From the NCBI GenBank assembly GCA_965215125.1, contig OZ244052.1, positions 2,112,001-2,176,000 of the forward strand: a stretch of DNA of 64,000 bases, given 5' to 3'. Below are positions 63,262 through 64,000 of the stretch, piece by piece (position 1 is the first letter of the stretch; each line of letters opens with the position of its first letter). The position numbers and the translations under genes were made by a program. Origin of the DNA: an uncultured candidatus Porisulfidus sp. (GTDB lineage: Bacteria; Pseudomonadota; Gammaproteobacteria; Poriferisulfidales; Oxydemutatoraceae). The notes beneath the pieces were generated by a model. It had not been told where the DNA came from, searched no databases, and saw only the letters and a list, made by a program, of their open reading frames with translations.

Positions 63262-63337
63262 GGGGCTATAGCTCAGCTGGGAGAGCACTTGCATGGCATG
63301 CAAGGGGTCGGCGGTTCGATCCCGCCTAGCTCCACCA
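63262..63337 (+). tRNA. tRNA-Ala(GGC)
   Basis: GGGGCTATAGCTCAGCTGGGAGAGCACTTGCATGGCATGCAAGGGGTCGGCGGTTCGATCCCGCCTAGCTCCACCA; anticodon GGC, G3:U70 identity pair, CCA end. Confidence 0.97.
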
Positions 63338-63371
63338 ATTAACGCAAGCCTTCACCCTATGAGCCGGTTCT

Positions 63372-64000
63372 TTAGGTAGGGTCTTGCGGTGAAGATTTAG
63401 CATCTTTGGTATCGCGCACGATAGGCAGATAAAGTCCTTGTCCGTCTTTATAGACTTGGATATTTAGCGTGTCGTCTTTTTCCACACTGCCGAGCAGATA
63501 AGCCATACCCTGATACACACCATCTAATTCATGGCAAGAATTGAGCAGTAGCTTCACGCGATACGCATTGTAATCGGGTGCAACGACGTTGATCTCGCCT
63601 TCATAACCACAGCCGTTGGTATCGGCACCGTTGATGTATCCGTTCTCACCAATCGTAAATTTCGTAATCGTAAAGCCGTGGTAATAAATCCATTCATCGT
63701 TTACTTTGCTTATTTGCGCATCCTTCTCGTACAAAGATTTATCTCGCTCTAGCTTGAGCGTGCCTGTGTCTTTGGCATCGTGTGTTAGAAAACGAGCTTC
63801 TATTTTGTCGGGTGCCACTACTTTGCCTTCGAGCGTCACCGAGTCGAAATAACCTCCGTTGGTTAACAAATACATTTCCATGTCGGAGTGATAAATATCG
63901 TTTTTGATATCAACCGTTCCTTTGTATGAAACTCTGGCATCGGGACTATAAGCGATCAGTTCCCCGCCTACATAAAGTGCATTGAATTTGAAATTTCCGC
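63372..64000 (-). CDS. Hypothetical beta-rich protein, 5'-truncated by the window
   Basis: The frame of ORF 63372-63881 has no stop up to the window edge (..GNFKFNALYVGGELIAYSPDARVSYKGTVDIKNDIYHSDMEMYL..). It has a Cys pair (GADTNGCGYEG..LNSC) of the kind seen in exported proteins. Confidence 0.7.
   Translation of the reverse strand, partial: GNFKFNALYVGGELIAYSPDARVSYKGTVDIKNDIYHSDMEMYLLTNGGYFDSVTLEGKVVAPDKIEARFLTHDAKDTGTLKLERDKSLYEKDAQISKVNDEWIYYHGFTITKFTIGENGYINGADTNGCGYEGEINVVAPDYNAYRVKLLLNSCHELDGVYQGMAYLLGSVEKDDTLNIQVYKDGQGLYLPIVRDTKDAKSSPQDPT

Noticed and set aside
63338-64000. Prophage or island at tRNA-Ala
   Set aside because: The adjacent ORF has no tyrosine-recombinase motifs and the window ends before an att duplicate could be seen.

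Overview
Gammaproteobacterial chromosome segment. The first half (1-32673) is a single uninterrupted ORF of more than 10,890 aa that is still open at the left edge. It encodes a giant, probably surface-exposed protein. It has about 15 GLUG-type beta-helix modules with Ca-binding-like DxDxDG heads, paired Cys and a WDFG..YP cap. These are interspersed with cadherin-like and Ig-like spacers and followed by about 19 tandem cadherin-like beta-sandwich domains. The protein ends abruptly in an unusual LRVRVRVFLEGPLQ tail with no recognisable T1SS, autotransporter or LPxTG signal. The second half is mostly core genome: a SnoaL-like gene, xseA, guaB-guaA, a Fur-boxed Fe3+ ABC transporter, fabI, a small unknown ORF, a dicarboxylate symporter, ppiD, tRNA-Asp, tRNA-Val, hupB, lon and clpX (without clpP/tig). 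These are followed by rpsB-tsf-pyrH-frr-uppS-cdsA-dxr-rseP-bamA-skp-lpxD-fabZ-lpxA, tRNA-Ala and a truncated hypothetical gene. A composite palindromic repeat occurs twice in inverted orientation (about 32.7 kb and 41.8 kb) with its sub-blocks in permuted order, and its pieces overlap stop codons. All calls come from reading the sequence by eye; no database searches were run.
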